Below, piece by piece: positions 19,354-29,400 of a DNA stretch of 45,961 nt. This DNA is from Prasinococcaceae sp. CCMP 1430 (Eukaryota; Plantae; Prasinodermophyta). The stretch is from contig RQSC01000029.1 in assembly GCA_013416795.1 (NCBI GenBank), positions 229,863 through 275,823 of the forward strand. The letters are read 5' to 3'. Position 1 is the first letter of the stretch; each line of letters opens with the position of its first letter. The notes under the pieces were generated by a model, which worked only from the letters and a program-made list of their open reading frames with translations, made no database searches and had not been told where the DNA came from. A program made the translations under genes and the position numbers.

Positions 19354-20175
19354 GTGTTCAAGGTACTCCGCACGTGTGTCCACCCCATCAGCGACTACCT
19401 CCTGCGCGGCCTCTTCCCAGGCGGCAAGGGCGAACAGGACAGGTACGCTGAGCCAGCACACTTCCTCGTGAAGCGTCACCACGCCCTGCTCCAGGCCACG
19501 GTGGACTGCGCACTCGGACAGGTCCCACCAGACGACACCCCGACCCGCACTGGGTCGCTGGCGAAGATCTTCCCCAAGCACATCGGACTTCCCATCTCCC
19601 AGGGTGGGTTCGGTATGCGCGCCCCTTCCACCGTTCGCCTGCCGGCGTGGGTTGGTGCGAGGACTTCCGTCCTTCCCTTCGCCACACGCCACCCCCTCGC
19701 CTGGCAGTACTTCACCCGCCCCGACACAGCGGGCGCTGCCCTGTACGAGGCCCTGCAGACCATGCTCAACACCGACGACGAGCCCCTGGTTCCACCGTTT
19801 CCCGCGAATGCCGATCCGAGTCGGCCCAGTTTCCCCACTACTCCCCTTTACAACGCAGCTTACGCCGGCCACGATAAGTGCGTGCAGCTGCTGCTCGAGG
19901 CGGGCGCGGACACAAACACGGGCGATGTGAGATACGACATGACTCCTTTGAACGGTGCAACCGAGCTGGGTCACATTGAGTGCGTGCGACTGCTGCTGGA
20001 GGCGGGCGCCGACATGAACCAGCCAGACAAAGACAAGTTCACCCCAATTATTACTGCAGCCCGATGGAACCGCGCAGACTGCCTCGAGCTCCTGATCGAG
20101 GCAGGCGCCGAAATTGAGAAGCGGGACCTTGGCGCCGTCGCAGACCGTCTCGACGTCGTCGATGATGGCAGCTAA
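19354..20175 (+). CDS. Chimeric ORF: CRE-like RT thumb fused in frame to ~3 ankyrin repeats (expression unknown)
   Basis: LPISQGGFGMRAP...RLPAWVGA followed by TPLYNAAYAGHDKCVQLLLEAGAD, TPLNGATELGHIECVRLLLEAGAD and TPIITAARWNRADCLELLIEAGAE. Confidence 0.6.
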   Translation: MFKVLRTCVHPISDYLLRGLFPGGKGEQDRYAEPAHFLVKRHHALLQATVDCALGQVPPDDTPTRTGSLAKIFPKHIGLPISQGGFGMRAPSTVRLPAWVGARTSVLPFATRHPLAWQYFTRPDTAGAALYEALQTMLNTDDEPLVPPFPANADPSRPSFPTTPLYNAAYAGHDKCVQLLLEAGADTNTGDVRYDMTPLNGATELGHIECVRLLLEAGADMNQPDKDKFTPIITAARWNRADCLELLIEAGAEIEKRDLGAVADRLDVVDDGS

Positions 20176-21249
20176 GGGTGCGATTACAGTATGGAAAGAC
20201 GCAAGCGAGAGGTTGCGTAGCGCGCGTGTGTCTAAGATGATGATGACGATGATGGAGAGGACCATGGCGTCGGGGTCCAGCTTGCTGGCAGTAGGCACAC
20301 CTGCGGCTGCCTGACCGGCTCATCGAAGCCACCGTCAAGGACCGCTGCAAGCGCTTCCTCGACGACTCCGCCAACTGGGAACTGCTCCACAACGAAGCAC
20401 ACGTCGAGCTCGCCACCGCTGCGACAGAGGCGCAACAGTTCGTCGCTGGCAGCGACAGCAACGAACGGGTCATCTCGTCTCGCGGCGCCACCCAAGGATG
20501 CGCCTTCGGGTAGCGCTACGCGAAAACTCTGTGAGCACCACCACATCCAGTTCCACACGCTGGCGTTCGACACCCTGGGCCGGGCGCACAGGTCCTCCAG
20601 AGGTGCCATCGAGCACCTCTTCACCAACAGGGTCACGGCGACGAACCCAAGCCGTTGGCCGACGGGCAAGGCTCTTCGGGTCCTTGCCGACGGCCTGCAC
20701 AATTCATCGTCTGCATGCGTGCTCCGCGCGTGCGGCGTGCACACACACGACCACCCAAGGCGCCGCTCTCGCAGCCGCGCTGCGGGTGGATAGCTCGCTC
20801 TCACACACGAACCTAGATCTTACACACGCGCGCTACGCAACCTTGCGCTTGCGTCTCCTCGTACTGTAATCGCACCCTACACTACTATAACTTGCTTGAT
20901 AACTTCTTACACAGGAGCGCGGCAAACCTCAATGCTGCAGCTCGACACGGCACTCTCTCTCTCTCCGCAAATCGCCATTGTTTGTTATCACGTTCTCAGT
21001 CTCTCTCCCCTCCCTCTTTACGCTCTCTCCCCTCCCTCCCCCACCCACCCACCCACCCACCCACCCACCCCGAAACCCCTTCTCTCTCCCACTGGTGGCA
21101 GCACCCCGTGAAGGACTGCGTGTACCTCATGTCTGCCGCGCCAGGTAGACATCCCAAGGCGTCTCCCAAGTACAACAAGGTCTGCACGCTCTCCTTGCCG
21201 CGCGAGGCAGGTGGCGTCGTGTCCACACATGCATCAACGCGATGGCTCG

Positions 21250-23056
21250 CTAGCAACCAGGCGGTAGTTGGACATCCGGAAGCGGACACGTCCTCGACGT
21301 GCCCAATGACGAGCCGCCATCGGACGCAAACCACACGCGATAGTTTATGTTGACCATGATCAAAGTATCGAACAGCAGCCAGGAGAAGACGAGCACGTAG
21401 AAGCCCATGCGCTCGCTGTGCGTGGCGAGGACTTCCTGAAGAGCCTTGGTGAACGGATAGAGCACAGGCCAATAGAACTTCGTCACCTTGATGTACACGT
21501 ACAGGAGCACGATCGCCGACACAAGCGCGACACCTGAGAAGCCAAAGCTCGCCCAGTACTGAGAGTCGGAGAACGTTCGCACGGTGAACACCTGCTGTGG
21601 CAGGCAGGGGTCTGCGTCCGAGATGCGTTGGTCGCGCGAGTGCGCATGCGGGAGCAAACACGTGTCAGCGAGCACCGGCGGACGCAGCAATCTGCGCGCA
21701 CGCATTCGCTGCGGGAAGCCTTTTCTAACTTATGTGGCACCATACCCTGCCAGAAGTTGGCGGCGCGCGTGCAGATAAGAGAGCCAGCAAGCACATGTGG
21801 TGCGGCCAGCGTGCTTGTGGATCTGTGCAGACGGCAGCTATGTGGGTGTCGCGAGTGTCGCGCGTCACGTACCCCGCTCGCTGTAGGGATAGTAGTCGCT
21901 GTTGGGCCCCCACCGCAGAATTGGGGATATCACGAGGTACGTCGCATAGCTCGCCCCCACACCGATGAACTTGGCAATGGCGAAACGCTGCTTCGCCCGA
22001 AGGTAATCCGGGTGAGCGTTCGATGTTCCGCGGCCGTCGATGTCGCATTCATAGTCGAGCGGGAGCGCCAGGCTGTCGATGTTGTCTCCTCGAGGGTTGC
22101 AGCGGCGGCCCTTGAAGATGTTGATGCCCCATGTCTTGATCCAGCAGCGGAAGCGAAACCACATGCTCGTGAGATGAATGGGGCTGATGAGAAGGGGCGC
22201 CACTGTGGAGAAGAAGAGGCCGACATACACCCCCATGAGGTCACCAACGCTGTCCTTGCCCTCGCTCTCGTTCGAGCTATTGAAGGCCGCGTACAAAGCA
22301 AGCGCGGTGTAGACGAAGAATCCGGAGAGGATGAACGTCATGTCTGAGTGGAAGATCGCCTGGGTGGGCTTTGAAGTGATGTGCTGCACCACCTTACGGT
22401 AAATGGTCTCAGGGATGAACAGGATGAATGAGAGCGCCGTACGGACGCCGTCTGACACCTGCGTGAACCCGTAACTGTACGCGTAGAGGAAGATGATGAA
22501 GAGGTGCATGATGAAGAGGATGAGGAAGTACAGCTGCGACCACGCAGATGCCAGCCCAGCGGGGCGCGCAGTCGCCGACATCCACGAGCGGAGCGCCGAG
22601 AGAGACAGACATTCATCATCAGTGACGAACACACGCATGATCACAAGTGCAGGCGACCTCGCGACAACGATGGAGCCCCACATCACACCAAGAGCGCAAA
22701 CACCAGCCGCGAACGCTTGCATTGGTGCAGCACCCTTCCCATCCGCGCACACACCTTCATGCGCTCCCACTTGCTTTCGGTCGTGTTGAACTTCCCTCGA
22801 AATTGCGTCTTCTGCCTCTTGAACTCTGGAGCACGCAAGGCGGTGCGTCCGCGACGGTAAGCCTTGTCGCCGCCGTCCGTCGCTTCGAGCGCTTCCTGCG
22901 CATCCGCGACTATGTTGGCAGGTGTGGTTGCTGCCTCGGGCGCTTCAGGGGCGCTTGGCACCCAGCCCGTGTGCGGCTTGGGGCCCTTCGAGCGATGGCC
23001 ACGCGAGCCCGCCCCGAGCCCGTCCGAAGAAGCGGCACTGTGCGCGTCGATGAGGC
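21250..23056 (-). CDS. Uncharacterised multi-exon polytopic membrane protein; 5' end cut at the ambiguous base at 23057
   Basis: Hydrophobic exons LYFLILFIMHLFIIFLYAYSYG...; FGFSGVALVSAIVLLYVYIKV...; predicted phase-0 intron 22754-22534 (KWERMK|LYFL). Exon joins between 21590 and 21870 are unresolved. Confidence 0.6.
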
Positions 23057-23062
23057 NTCGGG

Positions 23063-23223
23063 GCGCATGCCATGCGCAACTCTTTTCGGCGCGCGCACGC
23101 TCCCGGAAGACGACATCAAAGCACACCCGAAGCACCGCGGCAGAGCAAGGCTTTCGGCCGGCTGCTCCGCGCGTTCCCCGCGCCGCCCAGCCACGGCGCG
23201 CGCGCGCGCGCGCTACGGCGGCG
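23063..23223 (+). repeat. Dispersed ~160-bp repeat, copy 2, starting 6 nt after the single N
   Basis: Matches 6342-6504. Confidence 0.9.
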
Positions 23224-23660
23224 CCCAAATCTTGTTAACATGCATTTCAGATCAAAATGCTTGCCGAGAGCGCCCGTCCGCGCGCGATCTGCGCCGAAGC
23301 GCGCTCAAAACGCGCTCCGCGATGCCGTTTTTGGATTTCGAACAATGTGGGTTACGTCGCGGGCCCGCGCTCCGAAAGCGGAGCAACAACGCAGAATGCT
23401 TTCCCGTGGGTGGGCCCGCAGGTTGCGCGCGCGCCGTGTGGTGCGTGCGCTGCGCGCGCGGCGGCGTTCACAGTGCGGGCAGTGCGCGCGCGCGGCCGCT
23501 GCGCCCAACCCTGGGGGGGGGCGGGACCGAACCCGGCCACATCAACGAGCGAGCACCATGGCTGGCCTGTACGCCCACGTGCGCAACCTTGCCGTGCCTG
23601 TCGAGGCAATTCCCCCACTGATTATCCGCAACTCCCTGCGTACGCGTCTCCGTGCTCCAC

Positions 23661-25976
23661 TCACGTCAAGTCCACCACAGGCACCGGCCCAGTGGCGGCT
23701 GCACGATCGCTGGGCGCGCTCGTCCATCGCTGCTCCTCAAGCGTCGGCCCAGGCTTGGGACCGGGCTGGTCAGGCAGAGTATCCCTGGTAGACTTGCGCC
23801 TGGACAAGTGCAGATCAACGTCCGGCCGCTGCGCGGGCACTCCATTCGCCGGCTCGTCATCCGCTCCAGTGCACACGTCGCTGCCGTTGCGCCCCTTGAC
23901 ATCGGGCCACTGGTAGAGGGGCCCGTAGTCGTACAAAATCTCTTCACCAGGCTCGATGTCGCGCATCGCAAAGAAGCAGATCCGATAGCAGAATCGCGAC
24001 TGCGGCGGGACACGAGGGTCTTCGGGCGTCAGAGCGCACTGCCTGAGAAGGTTGGCGCCGTCAACAGAGTGATTGATCCAGCGCGCGACCGAGCCGCAGT
24101 TGAAGCCATCCATGCACAACTCGTTCGCGTCGGCGAAGCCGTTGTCGTCCTCGTTGAGCTCGTCTTTGATGTAGTGGTCGAGGTTCCACGTGTACGACCG
24201 GCGCATGCTTGGCGCCCCATTAGCTGCGATTGAGTTCCCGAGCTCTTCCTTGCCATGTTCGTCCTCGTACTGTCTGCTGGTGTACAAGTACCCCGCGTAC
24301 TCGCACACGAAGTCGCCCACATACAAGAACGTGCCCGCGCGCACGCCCCAGCCGCGACCGTTGGACGTCCGGAACACCTCCAGCTTGGAATGAATGCCGT
24401 TTTCCACGACCTTGCGCATGTCACCGATCTCGATGATACCATCGCAGCCTTCGACAAGGCAGTCGTCATCGTTGTAGACAGCCACCTCCGCAGTCTTGGG
24501 CAGCTCCTTCGGCACGCGAGCGATCGCCTCGAGAGCCTCGTCCGAGGCGTTTTCGATCGTTGGTGACTTCAGGTAGCAGAAGCCGGACGGCGCAAGGTCT
24601 GCGAATCCCTTGCCGTCCGATGTTTCGTTGTACACAGGGATCCTGACTTTCTCTGCTCCGCCACTGACGTCAGCGCAGACCAGATACCTCGCGAGCATCT
24701 CTTGGCGCGTGGCCGCCCTCTTACGCTTGGCTCCCATCTTCGGGACTGGTACGGTCGCCCCCGCTGTAGCCCTCCTCTTGCGCCCGCCAATTCTTGCCAG
24801 CGCCTTGCGTCTCGACTGGACGCTGATGGACTTCTGCTTGGCATGTTCTTTGATTGGGGTGAGGACGAACTTCGCGCGCGTACGTGCGCATTTGTGCGCA
24901 TGCGTGTCAGCGTTCGTGTGCACACGCGTGCATGTGTGCGCGTGCGCGCGCGCGCGAGTGTGTGTGTGCGCGCGCCTCCGTACCTTGAACACGTTGGGTC
25001 CGTCAACCCCCGGGCCGTAGCGCACGCTTGTACACTTGTACAAGCCATCATAAAAGTACTCCCTGACGTCCTTCCCGTTTTTTTTGACGATGCGGCCGCG
25101 CAGCACGCGCACAGGCGTCCCGCACTTGTTGCTGAGGACGAGCGCAGCGTTGCCTCTCGTGTTCTCCTGGTCTTTGGTTTGTTTGCCCTTCTCCATCCCT
25201 CCCGCCCCTGTGTACTGTATCGTGCCGTCGTCGTTGTCGTCGCGGTCGTCTTCATAAGCACCGCTGAGACAAATCGCGTACGCCGGAACGCCGGTAGTGA
25301 ACATGATTCCAGACACGATAGCGGTGTGCAGGCCAAGGATGGCCGCCTCTCCACGGCCGTTCAAGCGAACGCCCACAGGCACGTCGCTGATATGGCCGTG
25401 TGCGTTTGCTGGCGTCCACTGCTTCCGAAGCTCTTTGAATGCGACCATGTCGGGCTTGGCCTGTTTCACAGCCTCGAGCTCTGCCAGGCGCTTGCGATAG
25501 AGGGCAAGGCCCTGCGCAGCCCTGCCTGTCGGCTCTGGATACGCGTGATTCAGGCCCCCTCCGGTCCCGCTTGCGCCCGCCGCCACACCGTTTGGGCCAG
25601 CCGTGGCGCCGCTCGGCTCAGCTGCGCCCCCGCTCGCGCCGGCGTCAGCATCCCTCGGCGTGGTTGCGCCCCCGCTCGCGCCGGCCTTAGCATCCCTCGG
25701 CTCGTCTCCTCGCTCGCTCGCCTCTGAGCAGCTCGCAGGGGAAAGGGCGGCGGCCGCCATGCCCGCATCGCCGAGCGGTGAGCGCGCCGCGTCCCCTCCT
25801 CCTCCTCCTCCTCCGCCGCCGCCGCCCTCGCCGCCGCCCTCGCCTCCGCCTCCGCCTCCGCCTCCGCTGCCGCCCTCACCGCCGGCGCCCCCGCCTGTCC
25901 CGCCCCCCGCCGGCGGCGGCGCCTCCGTCCCCTCGTCCATGGAAGCCACGCCCGCGACCGTGCTTCCCTTCCCCAT
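23661..25976 (-). CDS. SUVH: SUVH-like SRA(YDG)-SET protein; exons ~25976-24984 and 24869-23661
   Basis: SRA: GHISDVPVG...GLH...SGAYEDD...YTGAGG...RGNAAL...YFYDGLY. SET: LEVFRTSNGRGWGVRA...FVCEYAG...ARWINHS...EEILYDYG. The 114-nt low-complexity intron 24983-24870 is in frame. Confidence 0.88.
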   Translation of the reverse strand: MGKGSTVAGVASMDEGTEAPPPAGGGTGGGAGGEGGSGGGGGGGGEGGGEGGGGGGGGGGGDAARSPLGDAGMAAAALSPASCSEASERGDEPRDAKAGASGGATTPRDADAGASGGAAEPSGATAGPNGVAAGASGTGGGLNHAYPEPTGRAAQGLALYRKRLAELEAVKQAKPDMVAFKELRKQWTPANAHGHISDVPVGVRLNGRGEAAILGLHTAIVSGIMFTTGVPAYAICLSGAYEDDRDDNDDGTIQYTGAGGMEKGKQTKDQENTRGNAALVLSNKCGTPVRVLRGRIVKKNGKDVREYFYDGLYKCTSVRYGPGVDGPNVFKVRRRAHTHTRARAHAHTCTRVHTNADTHAHKCARTRAKFVLTPIKEHAKQKSISVQSRRKALARIGGRKRRATAGATVPVPKMGAKRKRAATRQEMLARYLVCADVSGGAEKVRIPVYNETSDGKGFADLAPSGFCYLKSPTIENASDEALEAIARVPKELPKTAEVAVYNDDDCLVEGCDGIIEIGDMRKVVENGIHSKLEVFRTSNGRGWGVRAGTFLYVGDFVCEYAGYLYTSRQYEDEHGKEELGNSIAANGAPSMRRSYTWNLDHYIKDELNEDDNGFADANELCMDGFNCGSVARWINHSVDGANLLRQCALTPEDPRVPPQSRFCYRICFFAMRDIEPGEEILYDYGPLYQWPDVKGRNGSDVCTGADDEPANGVPAQRPDVDLHLSRRKSTRDTLPDQPGPKPGPTLEEQRWTSAPSDRAAATGPVPVVDLT

Positions 25977-26124
25977 CCACCCCTCGCGCGCGGCGCTCGC
26001 GCTGTGACGCTCGCGCTGTGGCGCCCACCCCACACAGCAACACCCCACGACCGAGCCGCCCCGTCCGCGAAGGACTCCGAGGGTCAACGCCAGAGTCGAG
26101 TGATATCATCTCGCAAGACAGGAT

Positions 26125-26132
26125 TAGGGTTT
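26125..26132 (-). promoter_or_regulatory. Telo-box (AAACCCTA) ~150 bp upstream of the SUVH-like start
   Basis: TAGGGTTT on +, within an AT-richer patch of degenerate telomere-like words (ttagggttttagatatttagg). Confidence 0.35.
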
Positions 26133-26451
26133 TAGATATTTAGGTATGATACGCGAACCCTGATTATGCTGCAGCCTCCCAACGGCATGTGTGTGTGTGC
26201 GGAGGCGACGCGGCACGCAGTGGGCTGCGAGGCTCGGCTCGGCCCGCTGGCGCGACAGCAGCACGTGAGGCGACGGCGCATGCAGGGCGCGGCAGCGACG
26301 CATGTGCGCGCCAGCAAAGGGCGGCGGCGGGTGTGGGCACGCCACACGCGCGGCGCGGTGCGAATCTCTGCGCATGCTTTGCTCTCGCGCCGCGGGGGCG
26401 TGATCTGAATCGCGCTAGACTCTGTCCCGCACTGAAGACGTTAAGACTCAA

Positions 26452-29400
26452 CTAGGCAGCTGTTGGCTTTGCGGCGGGCTGAGCGTCAGGCTCGGCGGCG
26501 CCTTGCTCGGCGGCAGGCTCGATTCTGGGCTCCGCAGCGGGCTCGGCGGCGGGCTCGGCAAGTGATAGCTCAGTGTCGGCAGGCTCGGCGGCGGGCTCGA
26601 CAGCAGATAGCTGAGTGGAGTCATCGGCGGGCGCAGCGGCAGGCTCTGCACCGGCTGATTCGGCGGCGGGCTCGGTCGGAAACTCGGCGGGAGGCTCGGC
26701 GGTGGAGGGCTTGGCAGAGAGCTCGGAGGAGATCAAGATGGCGGGCTCGGACTCAATCAAAATGGCGATATCCGCGGAGTCCCCTCTTAGCCGCTCGTGC
26801 ATGTCCTCGTCCAAGTGCTGGGCCGCGTTTTCAGCGTCCTCGACACACCCAAGGTCGGCACGGTTGTCTGGCAGGCCTTGCAAGCTCGCCCCGCCATGTT
26901 TTCCCTCAGAGTCGCCACCCCTCCGCTTCATTTTGCGCAGCCAAAGAAGCAGGAGAACGACCAGCGCGGCAGGGGCGGCGCCCGCAATGGTTTGGGTGCT
27001 GATGGCGCTGCGGCGCGCAGATGTCCTGGAGGGAAGCGGCAGACGCCGAGAAGGAGGTGGGCGTGGAGGCGAGCTCGGGCTTGGTGGCGCGGGAGGCGGC
27101 GGGCTCGGCGGGGGCGGGCTCAGTGGCGGCGACGGCACGGGTGGCGGGGGAAGAATGCGCGTCCTGCACATGTCTGAGCGCGTGCCGTCTTCGTCCTTCC
27201 CAAAAGCCACATAAGTCACCACCTCCTGCACCTCAAAGTTCACCGCCTGGCTGGAACAGAGTATCTCGCACCGACCCTCTTCGCACGCCATGTCGCTCAG
27301 CGCAGCGCGCTGCCTCCGCCAGCCCTCCTCGTCCGTGACCGTTTCCGCGAGTGGGGGCATCGTGGCATCCACGTAGAGGACGATGTCGGGCTCTTCATCC
27401 GTGCGGAACAGCGTCGACGAGATGCTGCCAATCTCTGTGGCACGGATGGCGTTGGACCTGAGGTTGCCCCCGGCGCCCCCCTCGCCCGCAGGCTGGATGA
27501 ATGTCACGTCGTACGTGACGAACACCTTTCCGAATTGCATTCTTGCTGTCGACTCAACGTACACAAAAGCTGGGTCCACGCCCAGCAGTCGCGCATACTC
27601 GGCGTCTAGCTCAGATTGCCGCGCATAGAAGTCCTCGAGAGTGGTCACGGGCTCGCGCGCGATGAATTCCGACCTGACAGTCACCTCCGAGCTCACATCT
27701 TCCACGGCGGCGCTGTCCTTGATGCCGGCCTCGACGGCCTCGAAGTTGGCGTCTTGCAGAGTGTTCGCGTCGATCCGCACAGCAAAGTGCCGCGACACCT
27801 GCCTGAGCGGTGGGGGGCTCGGCGGAGGGCTCGGCGGCGGAGGGCTGGGCGGTAGGCTGGGCGGGGGGCTCGGCGGCGGGCTAGGAGGTGGCGATGCCAT
27901 GGGTGCGCCGGGTGGAGGACGCGGCGGCGGCGGACTCGGCGGCGGGCTTGGCGGCGGGCTTGGTGGAGAGCTTGGTGGCGGACTGGGTGGAGAGCTTGGC
28001 GGTGGGCTCGGTGGTGGCGATGCCTTCGGTGCGCCGGGCGGAGGACGCGGCGGCGGAGGGCTAGGCGGCGGGCTCGGAGGAGAGGTCGGCGGAAAACTGG
28101 GCGGAGGGCTTGGCGGTGGAGGGCTCGGCGGGAGGCTGGGCGGGGGGCTCGGCGGCGGGCTCGGAGGTGGTGATGCCCTGGGTGCGCCGGGTGGAGGACG
28201 CGGCGGCGGTGGGCTCGGTGGTGGGCTCGGCGGCGGGCTTGGAGGAGGGCTTGGCGGCGGACTGGGCGGTCGGCTCGGCGGCAGGCTCGGCGGTGGGCTC
28301 GGAGGTGGTGATGCCCGGGGTGCGCCGGGTGGAGGACGCGGCGGAGGAGGGCTCGGGGGCGGGCGTGGTGGTGATGGGCTTGGTGGCGGGCTCGGCGGGG
28401 CACTCGGAGGTGGGTTGGGTGGTGAGCTCGGCGGTGGACTCGATGGTGGTGGGTTCGGAGGCGGGCTAGGTGGGGGGCTCGGAGGCGTGCTCGGCGGCGG
28501 ACTGGGCGGAGGGCTCGGCGGCGGAGGGCTCGGTGGGAGGCCGGGCGGAGGGCTCGGCGGTGGGCTCGGCGGTGGTGAAGCCCTGGGTGCGCCGGGCGGA
28601 GGCCGCGGCGGCGGCGGGCTTGGCGGCGGGCTCGGAGGAGGGCTTGGCGGCGGGCTCGGGGGAGGGCTCGGCGGCGGACTGGGCGGAAGACCTGGCGGCG
28701 GAGGGCTAGGCGGCGGACTGGGCGGAGGGCTCGGCGGCGGGGGGCTCGGCGGTGGGCTGGGCGGAGGGCTGGGCGGTGGGCTCACCAGGCTCGGTACATC
28801 GACTTGGCCGGCGTCGTTGCCTCCCCAGCAGCGCAGCGCGCCGTCGGCCTGCGCGATGCCGCACGTGTGTTCATATCCGGCGCTCAACGAGGACCACGCG
28901 CCCACGCCGCTCGGCACGTCCGTCTGATTTTGGTCGTTGCGTCCCCAGCAGCGCAGCGCACCGTCGGCCTGCGCGATGCCGCACGTGTGGGACTGTCCGA
29001 CGCTCACCAGTGACCACGCGCCCACGCCATTCGGCACGTCTTTCTCGCCGTAGGTGTTGTTGGCTCCCCAGCAGCGCAGCGCGCCGTCGGCCTGTCCTAT
29101 GCCGCACGTGTGCTGACTCCCGGCGCTCACGGAGGACCACGCGTCCACGCCGCTCGGGACGTCCGCCTGGCCGTAGTCGTTGCGTCCCCAGCAGCGCAGC
29201 GCGCCGTCGGCCTGGGCGACGGCACACGTGTAGAATGCTCCTGCGCTCACGGAGGACCACGCGCCAACGTCGCTCGGCACGTCCGCCTGGTTTAGGTCGT
29301 TCCATCCCCAGCAGCGCAGCGCGCCGGTGGCCTGCGCGATGCCGCACGTGTGGTACCGCCCGACGCTCACGGAGGACCACGCGCCCACGCCAGTTGGCAC

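Larger units (their letters stand above)
16733..20880 (+). mobile_element. Rearranged, degenerate CRE-like (RLE-type) non-LTR retrotransposon cluster
   Basis: C2HC-type fingers (CPVC-x12-H-x4-C; HQCHKC...H...C); pre-RT region (LLHLLPRMLL...RADRLVHKHQPGRALKVL...LRELHP, frameshift near 18122); RT domain 7/thumb (GFPLGTKDFV...ALKVLRTC..ISDYLLRGLFP, LPISQGGFGMR); RLE halves (RSDLVITD...LDVTFTDP at ~17190-17260; LCEHHHIQFHTLAFDTLG at ~20525-20580). No YxDD core found. Confidence 0.75.

Noticed and set aside
16733-20880. Telomere-targeting behaviour of the CRE-like cluster (as in Cnl1/MoTeR)
   Set aside because: No telomeric repeats at its junctions, and the nearby telomere lies across an unresolved gap.
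27641-28927. 428-aa Gly-rich plus-strand ORF
   Set aside because: Antisense reading of the Pro/Ser stalk.
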